Positions 22,556-34,797 are shown, counted from the first letter of the stretch. The stretch is 64,000 bases of DNA from Trichococcus sp. (GCF_049589555.1 NZ_JBAWAZ010000013.1:187-64186), one strand, 5' to 3'. Notes: generated from the sequence alone by a model not told the origin. Program-made: numbers and translations.

Positions 22556-22588
22556 AAAAAGTCTGGGATGACAATCCCGGACTTTTTG
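22556..22588 (+). terminator. Rho-independent terminator after ftsH
   Basis: AAAAAGTCTGGGAT-gaca-ATCCCGGACTTTTT hairpin. Confidence 0.85.
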
Positions 22589-22698
22589 TCATCAAAGAGC
22601 AGCTCTGCAAAAGTAAGTGAGCAAAGTGTGGTTGCTTTCGCCCCGACCTATAGTAGAATGATAGAGAAACAATTTAAGAATGTGATGGAGGATTATAT

Positions 22699-23601
22699 AT
22701 GAGCGACTATTTGATTAAAGCTTTAGCCTATGAAGGACAATTCCGTGCCTACGCGATCGACGCTACAGCAGCGGTTGCAGAGGCTCAACGAAGACATGAT
22801 ACATGGAGCGCCTCTTCTGCAGCTTTAGGCCGCACGATGGTAGGGACGTTGTTGCTGGCAGCTGCCGGTTTGAAGAACGAAGAAAAAATGACCGTCATCG
22901 TGAATGGGGATGGCCTGGGAGGCCGCATACTCGCAGATGCGAACGGCAAGGGCGACATCAAAGCCTATATTGCAAACCCGAACGTCAACCTTTCCTTGAA
23001 CGGCGATGGCAAACTGGATGTGCGTGCAGTTGTGGGGACGGAAGGCACCTTGACCGTCATCAAAGATTTAGGGATGAAAGAACCGTTTACGGGACAAGTT
23101 TCTCTTGTCAGCGGTGAATTGGGCGAGGATTTCACCTACTACATGGCAAATTCTGAGCAAATACCTTCGGCCATCGGTTTGAGCGTGTTGGTGGACACCG
23201 ATGATTCGATCAAAGCTGCCGGCGGTTTCATGATTCAGGTGATGCCTGACGCCAGCGATGAAGCCATCACGAAAGTGGAAAAGAATATTGCAGCCATTCC
23301 GTTGGTTTCCAGATTGATGGAAAACGGTGCAACACCTGAACAGATTCTGACGCGCATACTGGGCGAAGAAAATGTGGAAGTGCTGGAGAAGATGCCTGTG
23401 CGTTTTCACTGCGATTGTTCAAGGGATCGTTTCAGCGAAGGGTTGAGTTCGATCGGCAAGACTGAACTGCATGAAATGATCGAAGAGGATCATGGAGCTG
23501 AGGTTGTCTGCCATTTCTGTGGCGAAAAGTACCACTATTCGGAAGCAGATCTGCAGGAACTTGTGACGGCCATTGATGAAAAGCGCGCTGCCAACATCTG
23601 A
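22699..23601 (+). CDS. hslO: Redox-regulated chaperone Hsp33
   Basis: C-terminal zinc/redox switch CDCS...CHFCGEKY; full-length Hsp33 similarity. Confidence 0.95.
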   Translation: MSDYLIKALAYEGQFRAYAIDATAAVAEAQRRHDTWSASSAALGRTMVGTLLLAAAGLKNEEKMTVIVNGDGLGGRILADANGKGDIKAYIANPNVNLSLNGDGKLDVRAVVGTEGTLTVIKDLGMKEPFTGQVSLVSGELGEDFTYYMANSEQIPSAIGLSVLVDTDDSIKAAGGFMIQVMPDASDEAITKVEKNIAAIPLVSRLMENGATPEQILTRILGEENVEVLEKMPVRFHCDCSRDRFSEGLSSIGKTELHEMIEEDHGAEVVCHFCGEKYHYSEADLQELVTAIDEKRAANI

Positions 23602-23710
23602 TGGCGCCGGCTTCTCGCTTGTAATGCGGTTTCACGTAACCTACAATGAAAGTAATCTATCCGTTTGACGGAACTGATCAGTAAAATCTATCTGAGCTGG
23701 AGGAATCGAC

Positions 23711-24637
23711 ATGGTAAAAATAGTCTCTTCAATTGCGAGTTTGATCGGGGAAACTCCGATAATCAAACTGAATAAAGTGGTACCCGAGGGTGTGGCTGAT
23801 GTTTACGTCAAGCTTGAATCATTCAATGCGGGCGGAAGCGTGAAAGATCGGATCGCTCTGAACATGATCGAAGTGGCGGAAGAAGAAGGCCTTCTGAAGC
23901 CTGGGTATACAATCGTGGAACCGACCAGCGGGAATACGGGTGTCGGCTTGGCTATGCTGGCGGCAGCAAAAGGCTATAAAGCCATCTTTGTGATGCCTGA
24001 TACGATGAGCATGGAAAGACGTTTACTGTTGGCAGCATATGGCGCCGACTTAGTTTTGACGCCAGGCGCTGAAGGAATGAATGGCTCGATTGCGAAGGCA
24101 AGGGAAATCGCAGCGCAGCCGGACCACTTTATGCCGATGCAATTCGATAACCCTGCCAATCCTGCTGTGCATGAAGCCATCACCGGCCCGGAAATCATTG
24201 AGGCTTTTGAAGGCAAGACGCCTGATGCCTTTATTGCAGGAGTCGGAACGGGCGGAACCGTGACGGGAGTCGGCAAGGCATTGCGCAAAGTCAATCCTAA
24301 TGTGGAAATATATGCACTGGAGCCTACCGATTCGGCTGTATTGAGCGGAAAACCGAAAGGCCCGCACAAAATCCAGGGTATCGGGGCGGGCTTTATCCCG
24401 TCTGTCTTGGACACGACACTTTACAACGGTATCGTCCAAGTCTCCAATGAACAAGCCTTCGAAATGGCCCGCCGTGTCGCACAGGAAGAAGGCATTCTGG
24501 TGGGCATTTCAGGCGGGGCTGCCATTGCCGGTGCGATCGAAGTGGCCATCCGTTTGGGCAAAGGCAAATCCGTCTTGACTGTGGCGCCGGATAACGGCGA
24601 ACGTTACCTGTCCACGCCTCTGTTCAGCGTAAAATAA
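23711..24637 (+). CDS. cysK: Cysteine synthase A (O-acetylserine sulfhydrylase)
   Basis: PLP lysine motif [15 protein letters not shown] loop, GTGGT. Confidence 0.95.
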   Translation: MVKIVSSIASLIGETPIIKLNKVVPEGVADVYVKLESFNAGGSVKDRIALNMIEVAEEEGLLKPGYTIVEPTSGNTGVGLAMLAAAKGYKAIFVMPDTMSMERRLLLAAYGADLVLTPGAEGMNGSIAKAREIAAQPDHFMPMQFDNPANPAVHEAITGPEIIEAFEGKTPDAFIAGVGTGGTVTGVGKALRKVNPNVEIYALEPTDSAVLSGKPKGPHKIQGIGAGFIPSVLDTTLYNGIVQVSNEQAFEMARRVAQEEGILVGISGGAAIAGAIEVAIRLGKGKSVLTVAPDNGERYLSTPLFSVK

Positions 24638-24649
24638 TAAATGGATAAG

Positions 24650-24683
24650 AAGGACAGGCCGATCGGATGGCTTGTCCTTTTTC
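24650..24683 (+). terminator. Rho-independent terminator after cysK
   Basis: AAGGACAGG-ccgatcggatgg-CTTGTCCTT followed by a T-run. Confidence 0.75.
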
Positions 24684-24825
24684 TTATATCTGATGCATCA
24701 TCTGCAATCAGGCAAGATATTTTTCTTTTCTTACGGATTGTAAGATGATAGAATGGTCCAAGAGTTTTTCGAGCATCCAGAAAACGGATGGGATCACCAT
24801 AAATAAATAACAAAGGAAGTAAAAA

Positions 24826-25854
24826 ATGTATAAAATTGGCAATATTGAAATCAATAATCCGGTCGCAGTCGCACCGATGGCCGGAATCAGCAACGCGGCC
24901 TTCCGTGTCACCGTCAAAGAGATGGGCGCCGGTTTGGTCGTCTGCGAGATGATCAGCGACAAGGGCATTCAATTCCGCAACGAGAAGACTTTGCGGATGC
25001 TGCACATCGAGCCGAATGAATATCCGTTGAGTGTGCAAATCATGGGCGGCAACAAGGATACGCTGGTGGAAGCCGCTAAATATGTGGCGGAAAACACAGA
25101 AGCAGCCATCATCGACATCAACATGGGGTGCCCCGTCAGCAAAGTCATCAAGGCGGAAGCAGGAGCCAAGTGGTTGTTGGATCCGGGCAAAGTCTATGAA
25201 ATGGTTTCCGCTGTCGTGGATGCCGTTGATAAGCCTGTAACCGTGAAAATGCGTACCGGTTGGGATTCCGACCATCTTTTTGCAGTGGAGAATGCCTTGG
25301 CTGCAGAACGCGCTGGTGCAGCCGCTGTTGCGATGCACGGCCGCACACGCGTACAGATGTACGATGGCAAAGCCGACTGGAACATCTTCAAGGAAGTCAA
25401 ACAAGCTTTGACGCGTATCCCGTTATTGGGGAACGGGGATGTGAAGACGCCTGAAGATGCGAAGCGGATGCTGGACGAAACAGGGGTGGATGGTGTCATG
25501 ATCGGCCGGGCTGCCTTGAGCAATCCTTGGATGATCAAACAGACAGTGCACTATCTGGAAACCGGAGAGATGTTGCCGCAGTCGACCCCACGTGAAAAAT
25601 TGGAAATCGCAAAACTGCACTTGGACCGATTGACCGATCTGAAGGGCGAAACAGTCGCTGTCAAAGAGTTCCGCAGCATCGCGGGATATTATCTGAAAGG
25701 CATTCCGCGTGCTTCAAAAACAAAAGCCGCAGTCACTTCTGCATCCAGACAACAAGAAGTTGTCGACTTGTTGGATCGGTTCATTTTTGAAATAGAAGAA
25801 CGCGAAGCCTCAAAAGAAGCGCCTACATCCGAAAAAATCGAAATAAATAGCTAA
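24826..25854 (+). CDS. dusB: tRNA-dihydrouridine synthase
   Basis: Dus family: APMAGISN, DINMGCP, GNGD; position before lysS. Confidence 0.93.
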   Translation: MYKIGNIEINNPVAVAPMAGISNAAFRVTVKEMGAGLVVCEMISDKGIQFRNEKTLRMLHIEPNEYPLSVQIMGGNKDTLVEAAKYVAENTEAAIIDINMGCPVSKVIKAEAGAKWLLDPGKVYEMVSAVVDAVDKPVTVKMRTGWDSDHLFAVENALAAERAGAAAVAMHGRTRVQMYDGKADWNIFKEVKQALTRIPLLGNGDVKTPEDAKRMLDETGVDGVMIGRAALSNPWMIKQTVHYLETGEMLPQSTPREKLEIAKLHLDRLTDLKGETVAVKEFRSIAGYYLKGIPRASKTKAAVTSASRQQEVVDLLDRFIFEIEEREASKEAPTSEKIEINS

Positions 25855-25892
25855 GACGGCTTGATTTTTCACTCTTTTATTGGCAATATTAA

Positions 25893-27440
<1,548 letters not shown>

Positions 27441-27451
27441 CTTAAATGTGA

Positions 27452-27484
27452 GGGGGCTACCGCAGATTGCGGCAGCCCTTTTGT
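27452..27484 (+). terminator. Rho-independent terminator after lysS
   Basis: GGGGGCTACCGC-agat-TGCGGCAGCCC followed by TTTTG. Confidence 0.85.
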
Positions 27485-27578
27485 ATGTTTAGAGAACAGC
27501 GCGCTGCCGGCGCACTCGGAATCGAATGGAAAAAATGAAAAAAAACGGAAAATATTGCAAATAATACAAGAGAAACGG

Positions 27579-27607
27579 TTGACGGACAGAAATATACATG
27601 TTATGAT
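27579..27607 (+). promoter_or_regulatory. sigmaA-type promoter of the str operon
   Basis: TTGACG (27579-27584), 17-nt spacer, TATGAT (27602-27607). About 175-nt leader precedes rpsL. Confidence 0.7.
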
Positions 27608-27785
27608 TCATAAGGTGATTTTATACACAGATTCCTGAACAATATCTTTCAGTCGTGCTGACTGGTGTATGATTGTCACAGAAAGAATAGTAGGTCGAAA
27701 TATTCGATTTATTTATTTTTTTAACTAAAAAGGAACCACCTGGATGTGTGGACCTAGCTATCCCATCGAGGAAGGAGGAAAATCA

Positions 27786-28202
27786 ATGCCTACAATCAAT
27801 CAATTAGTGCGTAAACCTCGCAAATCTGCTATTGTAAAATCAACTGCTCCTGCTTTAGGAAAAGGATACAATAGCTTCAAGAAATCTCAAACAAATACAA
27901 ACTCACCTCAAAAACGTGGTGTTTGTACTCGTGTGGGTACAATGACTCCGAAAAAACCTAACTCAGCGTTACGTAAGTACGCTCGTGTACGTCTGTCTAA
28001 CTTGTTAGAAGTTACAGCTTACATTCCTGGTATCGGACATAACCTACAAGAACATAGCGTGGTGCTAATCCGTGGCGGACGAGTAAAAGACTTGCCAGGG
28101 GTACGTTATCATGTCGTTCGTGGCGCTCTTGATACAGCTGGTGTAGCCAACCGTATGCAAAGCCGTTCTAAATACGGAGCTAAGAGACCTAAGAAAAAAT
28201 AA
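27786..28202 (+). CDS. rpsL: 30S ribosomal protein S12
   Basis: [13 protein letters not shown]...; ATG 27786 after GGAAGGAGG. Confidence 0.98.
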   Translation: MPTINQLVRKPRKSAIVKSTAPALGKGYNSFKKSQTNTNSPQKRGVCTRVGTMTPKKPNSALRKYARVRLSNLLEVTAYIPGIGHNLQEHSVVLIRGGRVKDLPGVRYHVVRGALDTAGVANRMQSRSKYGAKRPKKK

Positions 28203-28247
28203 TTAAACAATAAACGAAAAACAAAAGTTAAGGAAGGAGGAATTTGA

Positions 28248-28718
28248 ATGCCTCGTAAAGGTCCAGTTACAAAACGTGAAGTAATGCCAGATCCGATTTA
28301 CAATTCAAAATTGGTGACTCGTTTGATCAACCGTATCATGGTTGATGGAAAACGTGGTAAAGCTGCTACAATCTTATATAACGCATTTGAAATGATCAAA
28401 GAATCTACAGGAAACGACCCGTTGGAAGTTTTCGAACAAGCTATGAAAAACATCATGCCTGTTTTAGAAGTAAAAGCACGTCGTGTAGGGGGTTCTAACT
28501 ACCAAGTTCCTATCGAAGTACGTCCAGATCGTCGTATGGCTTTAGGATTACGTTGGTTGGTAAACTACTCTCGTCTACGCGGTGAAGATACTATGGAAGA
28601 GCGTCTAGCTAAAGAAATTATGGATGCTGCTAACAACTCTGGTGCTTCAGTTAAGAAACGTGAAGATACACATAAAATGGCAGAAGCTAACAAAGCTTTC
28701 GCTCATTACCGTTGGTAA
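28248..28718 (+). CDS. rpsG: 30S ribosomal protein S7
   Basis: [28 protein letters not shown]... Confidence 0.98.
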   Translation: MPRKGPVTKREVMPDPIYNSKLVTRLINRIMVDGKRGKAATILYNAFEMIKESTGNDPLEVFEQAMKNIMPVLEVKARRVGGSNYQVPIEVRPDRRMALGLRWLVNYSRLRGEDTMEERLAKEIMDAANNSGASVKKREDTHKMAEANKAFAHYRW

Positions 28719-28722
28719 AATT

Positions 28723-28750
28723 TTCTTGCAAGAATTTTTTCTTGCAAGAA
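28723..28750 (+). repeat. Two tandem copies of the 12-bp palindrome TTCTTGCAAGAA (potential 12-bp stem, TTTT loop) in the rpsG-fusA spacer
   Basis: TTCTTGCAAGAA at 28723-28734 and 28739-28750, read directly from the sequence. Confidence 0.9.
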
Positions 28751-28835
28751 ATTTGCTTTATGGTTGTATAAGTCACCATTTTTCCAATAAAATGGACTTG
28801 CAATTACTTTTACAAGAGAGAGGTGTTTGAAGAAG

Positions 28836-30926
28836 ATGGCACAAAGAGAATTTTCTCTACATAATACGAGAAATATCGGTATCATGGCTCATATTGACGC
28901 TGGTAAAACAACGGCAACTGAACGTATTTTGTACTATACCGGTAAAATCCATAAGATCGGTGAAACCCATGAGGGTGCTTCACAAATGGACTGGATGGAA
29001 CAAGAACAAGAACGTGGTATTACCATCACTTCAGCTGCTACTACTGCACAATGGAAAGGGTATCGCGTAAACATCATCGATACTCCCGGACACGTGGACT
29101 TCACTATTGAAGTTGAACGTTCCCTACGTGTATTGGATGGCGCTGTCGCTTTACTTGATGCACAATCAGGTGTAGAACCTCAAACTGAAACAGTTTGGCG
29201 TCAAGCTACAACTTATGGTGTTCCTCGTATCATTTTCGCTAACAAAATGGACAAAATGGGTGCAGACTTCTTATACTCTTTAGGAACTCTCCATGACCGT
29301 CTGAATGCTAATGCGCATCCGATTCAATTGCCGATTGGTTCTGAAGATACATTCAAAGGTATCATCGATTTAGTCGAAATGAAGGCTGAAATCTATGACA
29401 ACGATGAAGGTACTGAATACCATGAAGAAGAGATCCCTGCGGAATATCTTGAAGCAGCTGAAGAATGGCACACTAAATTAGTTGAAGCTGTTGCTGAAAC
29501 TGATGAAGCTATGATGGAAAAATATCTTGATGGTGAAGAAATTACGAAAGAAGAATTGAAACAAGGTATCCGTACTGCTACATGTAATGTAGAATTTTTC
29601 CCGATGCTTTGCGGTTCTGCTTTCAAAAATAAAGGCGTTCAATTATTGCTTGATGCAGTCATTGACTACCTTCCATCACCATTGGATGTTGCTGCCATCA
29701 CAGGTACTGACGTAGATACTGAAGAACAAATCGCTGTTCCTGCAAGCGACGAAGCGCCATTTGCAGCCTTAGCATTTAAAGTTATGACTGACCCGTTTGT
29801 AGGTCGTCTGACATTCTTCCGCGTATATGCTGGTACTCTACAAAGTGGTTCTTACGTTCAGAATGCCACTAAAGGCAAACGCGAACGTGTAGGCCGTATC
29901 CTACAGATGCATGCTAACCACCGTAACGAAATCCCAGAAGTATTTGCTGGAGATATCGCTGCTGCAGTTGGTTTGAAAGATACGACTACAGGAGACACTT
30001 TGTGTGATGAAAAGAAACAAGTAATCCTTGAATCCATGATTTTCCCGGAACCAGTTATCGAAGTTGCTATTGAGCCTAAATCAAAAGCTGACCAAGATAA
30101 AATGGGTATCGCGCTACAGAAACTTTCTGAAGAAGATCCTACTTTCCGTGCTTCCACTAACCCAGAGACTGGTCAAACGATCATCGCTGGTATGGGTGAG
30201 TTGCACTTGGACATCATCGTTGACCGTATGAGACGTGAGTTCAAAGTTGAAGCTACAGTAGGTGCTCCTCAAGTATCTTACCGTGAAACATTCCGTCAAT
30301 CAGTTCAATCTGAAGGTAAATTCGTTCGTCAATCAGGTGGTAAAGGTCAATTCGGTCACGTATGGGTTGAATTTACTCCTAATGAAGAAGGAAAAGGCTT
30401 TGAGTTCGAAAATGCTATCGTCGGTGGGGTTGTTCCTCGTGAATACATCCCTGCAGTTGAAGCAGGTTTGAGAGACGCTATGGAAAACGGTGTGTTGGCT
30501 GGTTATCCATTAGTTGACGTTAAAGCTAAATTGTATGATGGTTCTTACCATGATGTCGATTCATCTGAAACAGCATTTAAAGTTGCTGCTTCACTTGCTT
30601 TGCGTAACGCAGCTAAGAAAGCTGACCCTGCAATCCTTGAACCAATGATGGCTGTAGAAATTACAGTTCCTGATGATTATTTGGGAGATGTAATGGGACA
30701 TGTAAGTTCTCGTCGTGGACGTATCGAAGGTACTGAAGCACGCGGTAACGCACAAATCGTTAAGAGCAGCATTCCATTATCAGAAATGTTTGGTTATGCT
30801 ACAACTTTACGTTCTTCTACACAAGGCCGCGGAACGTTCTCAATGACATTCGATCATTACGAAGCTGTTCCTAAATCTGTTCAAGAAGAAATCATCAAGA
30901 AGAGCGGAAAAAATAGCGAAGAGTAA
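28836..30926 (+). CDS. fusA: Elongation factor G
   Basis: [27 protein letters not shown]-domain; ATG 28836 downstream of AGAGAGGTG. Confidence 0.98.
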   Translation: MAQREFSLHNTRNIGIMAHIDAGKTTATERILYYTGKIHKIGETHEGASQMDWMEQEQERGITITSAATTAQWKGYRVNIIDTPGHVDFTIEVERSLRVLDGAVALLDAQSGVEPQTETVWRQATTYGVPRIIFANKMDKMGADFLYSLGTLHDRLNANAHPIQLPIGSEDTFKGIIDLVEMKAEIYDNDEGTEYHEEEIPAEYLEAAEEWHTKLVEAVAETDEAMMEKYLDGEEITKEELKQGIRTATCNVEFFPMLCGSAFKNKGVQLLLDAVIDYLPSPLDVAAITGTDVDTEEQIAVPASDEAPFAALAFKVMTDPFVGRLTFFRVYAGTLQSGSYVQNATKGKRERVGRILQMHANHRNEIPEVFAGDIAAAVGLKDTTTGDTLCDEKKQVILESMIFPEPVIEVAIEPKSKADQDKMGIALQKLSEEDPTFRASTNPETGQTIIAGMGELHLDIIVDRMRREFKVEATVGAPQVSYRETFRQSVQSEGKFVRQSGGKGQFGHVWVEFTPNEEGKGFEFENAIVGGVVPREYIPAVEAGLRDAMENGVLAGYPLVDVKAKLYDGSYHDVDSSETAFKVAASLALRNAAKKADPAILEPMMAVEITVPDDYLGDVMGHVSSRRGRIEGTEARGNAQIVKSSIPLSEMFGYATTLRSSTQGRGTFSMTFDHYEAVPKSVQEEIIKKSGKNSEE

Positions 30927-30950
30927 TCTCGCTGTTGCTTAGCTTGTATA

Positions 30951-30979
30951 TTGCTTTTTCGAGCACAAATCGGTATACT
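30951..30979 (+). promoter_or_regulatory. Internal sigmaA-type promoter in front of tuf
   Basis: TTGCTT (30951-30956), 17-nt spacer, TATACT (30974-30979). Confidence 0.55.
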
Positions 30980-31046
30980 TTATACGATAGACGATTAAAG
31001 TCTAGACAAATTATAAGCACTCAATATGAGGAGGAAATGATTTAAA

Positions 31047-32234
31047 ATGGCAAAAGTAAAATTCGACCGTTCAAAACCCCATGTAAACGTTGGTACAATC
31101 GGACACGTTGACCATGGTAAAACAACATTAACTGCAGCTATCACAACAGTTTTAGCTAAAAAAGGGTTCGCAGAAGCATCTAACTATGCTGCAATCGACA
31201 ACGCTCCAGAAGAAAGAGAACGTGGTATCACGATCAACACTTCTCACGTTGAATACTCAACTGAAACTCGTCACTACGCTCACGTAGACTGCCCAGGCCA
31301 TGCTGACTATGTTAAAAACATGATCACTGGTGCTGCACAAATGGACGGAGCTATCTTAGTAGTTTCTGCTGCTGATGGTCCAATGCCACAAACTCGCGAG
31401 CACATCTTGTTGTCTCGTCAAGTTGGTGTTCCTTACATCGTAGTATTCTTGAACAAAGTTGACATGGTTGACGATGAAGAATTATTAGAATTAGTTGAAA
31501 TGGAAGTTCGTGACCTGTTAACAGAATACGATTTCCCTGGCGACGATGTTCCTGTAATCTCTGGTTCAGCTTTGAGAGCTCTTGAAGGCGACCCAGCTTA
31601 CGAAGAAAAAATCTTGGAATTGATGGCTGCTGTTGACGAATATATCCCAACTCCAGTTCGTCAAACTGACAAGCCTTTCATGATGCCTATCGAGGACGTA
31701 TTCTCAATCACTGGACGTGGTACTGTTGCTACAGGCCGTGTTGAACGTGGACAAGTCCGCGTTGGTGACGAAGTTGAAATCGTCGGTATTGCTGAAGAAA
31801 CTAAGAAAACAGTTGTTACCGGTGTTGAAATGTTCCGTAAATTATTGGATTACGCTGAAGCTGGCGATAACGTAGGAGCTTTGTTACGTGGTGTTACACG
31901 TGAACAAATCCAACGTGGTCAAGTATTGGCTAAACCAGGTTCAATCACTCCACATACAACTTTCACTGCTGAAATTTATGTACTTTCAAAAGAAGAAGGC
32001 GGACGTCACACTCCATTCTTCACAAACTACCGTCCACAATTCTATTTCCGTACAACTGACGTTACAGGCGTATGTAACTTACCAGAAGGCGTTGAAATGG
32101 TAATGCCTGGCGACAACGTTACTATGACTATCGAATTGATCCACCCAATCGCTATCGAAGACGGAACTAAGTTCTCTATTCGTGAAGGTGGACGTACAGT
32201 AGGCGCTGGCGTTGTAGCTTCAATCACTAAATAA
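31047..32234 (+). CDS. tuf: Elongation factor Tu
   Basis: [33 protein letters not shown]... Confidence 0.99.
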   Translation: MAKVKFDRSKPHVNVGTIGHVDHGKTTLTAAITTVLAKKGFAEASNYAAIDNAPEERERGITINTSHVEYSTETRHYAHVDCPGHADYVKNMITGAAQMDGAILVVSAADGPMPQTREHILLSRQVGVPYIVVFLNKVDMVDDEELLELVEMEVRDLLTEYDFPGDDVPVISGSALRALEGDPAYEEKILELMAAVDEYIPTPVRQTDKPFMMPIEDVFSITGRGTVATGRVERGQVRVGDEVEIVGIAEETKKTVVTGVEMFRKLLDYAEAGDNVGALLRGVTREQIQRGQVLAKPGSITPHTTFTAEIYVLSKEEGGRHTPFFTNYRPQFYFRTTDVTGVCNLPEGVEMVMPGDNVTMTIELIHPIAIEDGTKFSIREGGRTVGAGVVASITK

Positions 32235-32256
32235 TTTTATTTCAAAATAAAATTCG

Positions 32257-32293
32257 AAAAACGGGAGCCTCGGCTTCCGTTTTTTTTTTTTTT
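32257..32293 (+). terminator. Rho-independent terminator after tuf
   Basis: AAAACGGGAGCC-tc-GGCTTCCGTTTT hairpin followed by a 13-nt T-run. Confidence 0.9.
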
Positions 32294-32313
32294 AGAAAAA
32301 TTCCGATCCGGGA

Positions 32314-32340
32314 AGGCGCTCTTGAATAGAGCGTCTTTTT
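32314..32340 (+). terminator. Second, back-up hairpin terminator
   Basis: AGGCGCTCT-tgaat-AGAGCGTCT followed by TTTTT. Confidence 0.5.
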
Positions 32341-32542
32341 GTGTTGGAGTTGGAGCAAAGGGGCTGCCGGAGAGAGAAATCCAGAATTTTTACCATATCA
32401 GCTTTATCCATATTAATGTTCATATTATATAGAAGAAAGAGGATTTTCGACCGGGGTACTGAATCAAACCATTGCTGGCCCATTTGTGTTTTTGCTGATA
32501 TATTGCCCAATTTTTAACTTTTTTTGTTGCGACCTCATTTTA

Positions 32543-32559
32543 TGTCAGGTTATATAACG
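32543..32559. promoter_or_regulatory. GlnR/TnrA-like box (one mismatch)
   Basis: TGTCAGGTTATATAACG versus consensus TGTNA-N7-TNACA (last position G instead of A). Confidence 0.4.
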
Positions 32560-32679
32560 CGAATTTAGTGATTGAACCGTTTTCATGACACGATTACAGT
32601 ACTTGTCGAGGGCGGGATAGCCTTTTATTTGCTGTTAGGGCAACTTGTGCAGTCGTATTTCTCCATAACGCCTTGTTCA

Positions 32680-32696
32680 TGTCACATATCATCACA
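32680..32696. promoter_or_regulatory. GlnR/TnrA box
   Basis: TGTCACATATCATCACA matches TGTNA-N7-TNACA perfectly; about 105 nt upstream of the amt start codon. Confidence 0.6.
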
Positions 32697-32801
32697 CAGG
32701 TCGTCATCATTTTGGTGCTTTTCTTTTTCTTAGGGTGTAAAGTAAGAAACATCACAAAGCAGTAATACACCAAAAAATTTATCAGCAAAAGGAGAATCTA
32801 T

Positions 32802-34595
32802 ATGGAGAACATTAATTATGCAGATACAACTTTCGTCTTCCTTGCAACGATCTTGGTCATGATGATGACGCCAGCTTTATCCCTATTCTACGGAGGGATG
32901 GTCCGGAAGAAAAATGTTCTAAGCACGACGATGCACAGTTACGCTGCCATCGCAATCGTTTCTATCCAATGGCTATTATTCGGATATTCTTTTGTATTCG
33001 GAGGCGATTCAAAATTTTTCGGCGATTTGTCTTTCACATTACTCAACGGTGTAGGCTTCACGCCGATTGATTATGCACCGACCATTCCACATCAACTATT
33101 CATGATGTTCCAGATGGCTTTCGCAATTATCACTCCAGCCTTGATTTCAGGAAGCATCGCGGAACGCATGAAGTTCCCAGCATTCCTTGCCTTCATCCTT
33201 TTATGGACGACTTTCGTCTATGATCCGATTGCCCATTGGATCTGGGGAAATGGCGGTTGGATCCGCGAACTGGGTGCACTCGACTTTGCTGGCGGGAGCG
33301 TCATTCATATCAGTTCCGGTATATCGGCTCTGGTAGCAGCCATTTATCTAGGCAAAAGAAAAAACCACGATTCCGTCAAGCCACATAATATTCCGATGAC
33401 GATGATCGGGGCTGGCCTACTGTTGTTCGGCTGGTTCGGTTTCAACGCAGGGAGTGCTCTTGCAATCAATGATATTGCACTGGACGCCTTCATCACCACA
33501 AACACTGCCGCTGCCACAGCCGGCATAAGCTGGATGATCTGCGAATGGATCATCCACAAGAAACCGACTGCACTTGGTTTCGTCAGCGGTATTGTAGCTG
33601 GTCTGGTTTCCATCACTCCTGGTGCCGGATTCGTCAGCCCAATTTCAGCCTTAGCCATCGGTTTCATCGGCGGTATCGTCTGCTTCTATGGCGTATCCGT
33701 TCTGAAGAAGAAATTTGATTATGATGATGCACTTGATGCATTCGGATGCCATGGCATCGGTGGTATCTGGGGCGGAATCGCAACAGGAATCTTTGCAACA
33801 AGCAACATCAATCCTGCCATTGAAGGTGGGTTGGTAGATGGCAGTGCCTCACTTTTGATTGCAGAAGTTGTCAGCATTTTGGCTGTACTTGCATACGCCG
33901 GCATCATGTCCTATCTCTTGTTGAAATTAATCAGTAAATTCATGCCAGTGCGTGTCTCTGAAGAAGAAGAAGAAATCGGATTGGATTATGCTCTCCATGG
34001 CGAAACAGCATACGGCAGTCTCGCTGTAGCTTTGAGTGATACCAATTATTCAAATACAGCTGCATCGGTCGTGCCGGGCGAATTGAGAACGGCCTTCCAA
34101 AAATTCCAGGAGCGCACTTTCTCTGGCAACAATCAGGAATTGGCTTTCGCGAATGCATCTCTTGAAGACCTGGACAAATCAGTCGTTGTGGAATACCAAG
34201 CCTCCGGAGCTACAACAGGCGGTCAAGATGCACAAACTAAGATCACTAAAATTGAAATCATCACGAACGAAAGTAAATTTGAAGGTCTGAAAAAAGCACT
34301 GAACAGCATCGGCATCACAGGCATGACCGTTTTCGATGTATTCGGCTACGGCATGCAAAAAGGGCATAGTACCTATTACCGGGGTGTCGAGACCGAAGCA
34401 GATCTGCTGCCGAAGATCCGGGTCGAAGTCGTCGTAAGCACAGTTCCCGTCCAAGAGGTTGTGGACGCTGCCAGAAAAGCATTGTACAGCGGCAACATCG
34501 GGGACGGGAAAATCTTCATCTATAATGTAGAAAACGTCATCCGCGTCAGCACAGGGGATGAAGGCAAGAAAGCTTTGGAATATCCAAACGAATAA
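32802..34595 (+). CDS. amtB: Ammonium transporter (Amt) fused to a C-terminal P-II (GlnK/NrgB-like) signal-transduction domain
   Basis: Residues 1 to ~404 are a typical 11-TM Amt ending VRVSEEEEEIGLDYALHGETAY. A ~76-aa linker follows. The last ~117 aa are P-II (ITKIEIIT..., T-loop GYGMQKGHSTYYRG, GDGKIFIYNVENVIRVSTGD). One uninterrupted frame. Confidence 0.9.
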   Translation: MENINYADTTFVFLATILVMMMTPALSLFYGGMVRKKNVLSTTMHSYAAIAIVSIQWLLFGYSFVFGGDSKFFGDLSFTLLNGVGFTPIDYAPTIPHQLFMMFQMAFAIITPALISGSIAERMKFPAFLAFILLWTTFVYDPIAHWIWGNGGWIRELGALDFAGGSVIHISSGISALVAAIYLGKRKNHDSVKPHNIPMTMIGAGLLLFGWFGFNAGSALAINDIALDAFITTNTAAATAGISWMICEWIIHKKPTALGFVSGIVAGLVSITPGAGFVSPISALAIGFIGGIVCFYGVSVLKKKFDYDDALDAFGCHGIGGIWGGIATGIFATSNINPAIEGGLVDGSASLLIAEVVSILAVLAYAGIMSYLLLKLISKFMPVRVSEEEEEIGLDYALHGETAYGSLAVALSDTNYSNTAASVVPGELRTAFQKFQERTFSGNNQELAFANASLEDLDKSVVVEYQASGATTGGQDAQTKITKIEIITNESKFEGLKKALNSIGITGMTVFDVFGYGMQKGHSTYYRGVETEADLLPKIRVEVVVSTVPVQEVVDAARKALYSGNIGDGKIFIYNVENVIRVSTGDEGKKALEYPNE

Positions 34596-34601
34596 GCAAT
34601 C

Positions 34602-34640
34602 AGGGGCTGTCTCATGCGAGATGGTCCCTTATTTAATTTT
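34602..34640 (+). terminator. Rho-independent terminator after amt
   Basis: AGGGGCTGTCTC-atgc-GAGATGGTCCCT (three G-U pairs) followed by a T-rich tract. Confidence 0.65.
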
Positions 34641-34682
34641 GTTGCATTTCTCGAGTCAGGATATTCAACATTACCGTTGGAC

Positions 34683-34710
34683 TTGCATTCTTCTTACAGA
34701 TCAGTATAAT
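34683..34710 (+). promoter_or_regulatory. Upstream (P1) sigmaA-type promoter of the S10 operon
   Basis: TTGCAT (34683-34688), 16-nt spacer, TATAAT (34705-34710). Confidence 0.5.
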
Positions 34711-34797
34711 AGTGAAGGGACAAAATGCTTCATAGTGCTCAGGCAATACAAGTCATTTGGATAATAGCAGAAACTGAATATTATTTTCAGAAAAGAC

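Noticed and set aside
27441-27785. rRNA/tRNA genes downstream of lysS, as at the equivalent Bacillus locus
   Set aside because: The 345-nt spacer holds only a terminator, a promoter and the rpsL leader. No tRNA T-loop/acceptor pattern or 16S start was found anywhere in the window.
32292-32788. Minus-strand ORFs of 72 aa (32292-32510) and 64 aa (32594-32788) in the tuf-amt spacer
   Set aside because: They have no SD and odd composition. They overlap terminator hairpins or the GlnR-type boxes, so they are more likely regulatory DNA than genes.
32802-34595. The possibility that the Amt-P-II fusion is merely two adjacent genes
   Set aside because: I checked for a stop codon or an internal RBS/start between the domains. 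The frame is continuous through a 76-residue linker with no stop, so I kept it as a fusion while flagging that a sequencing error cannot be excluded.
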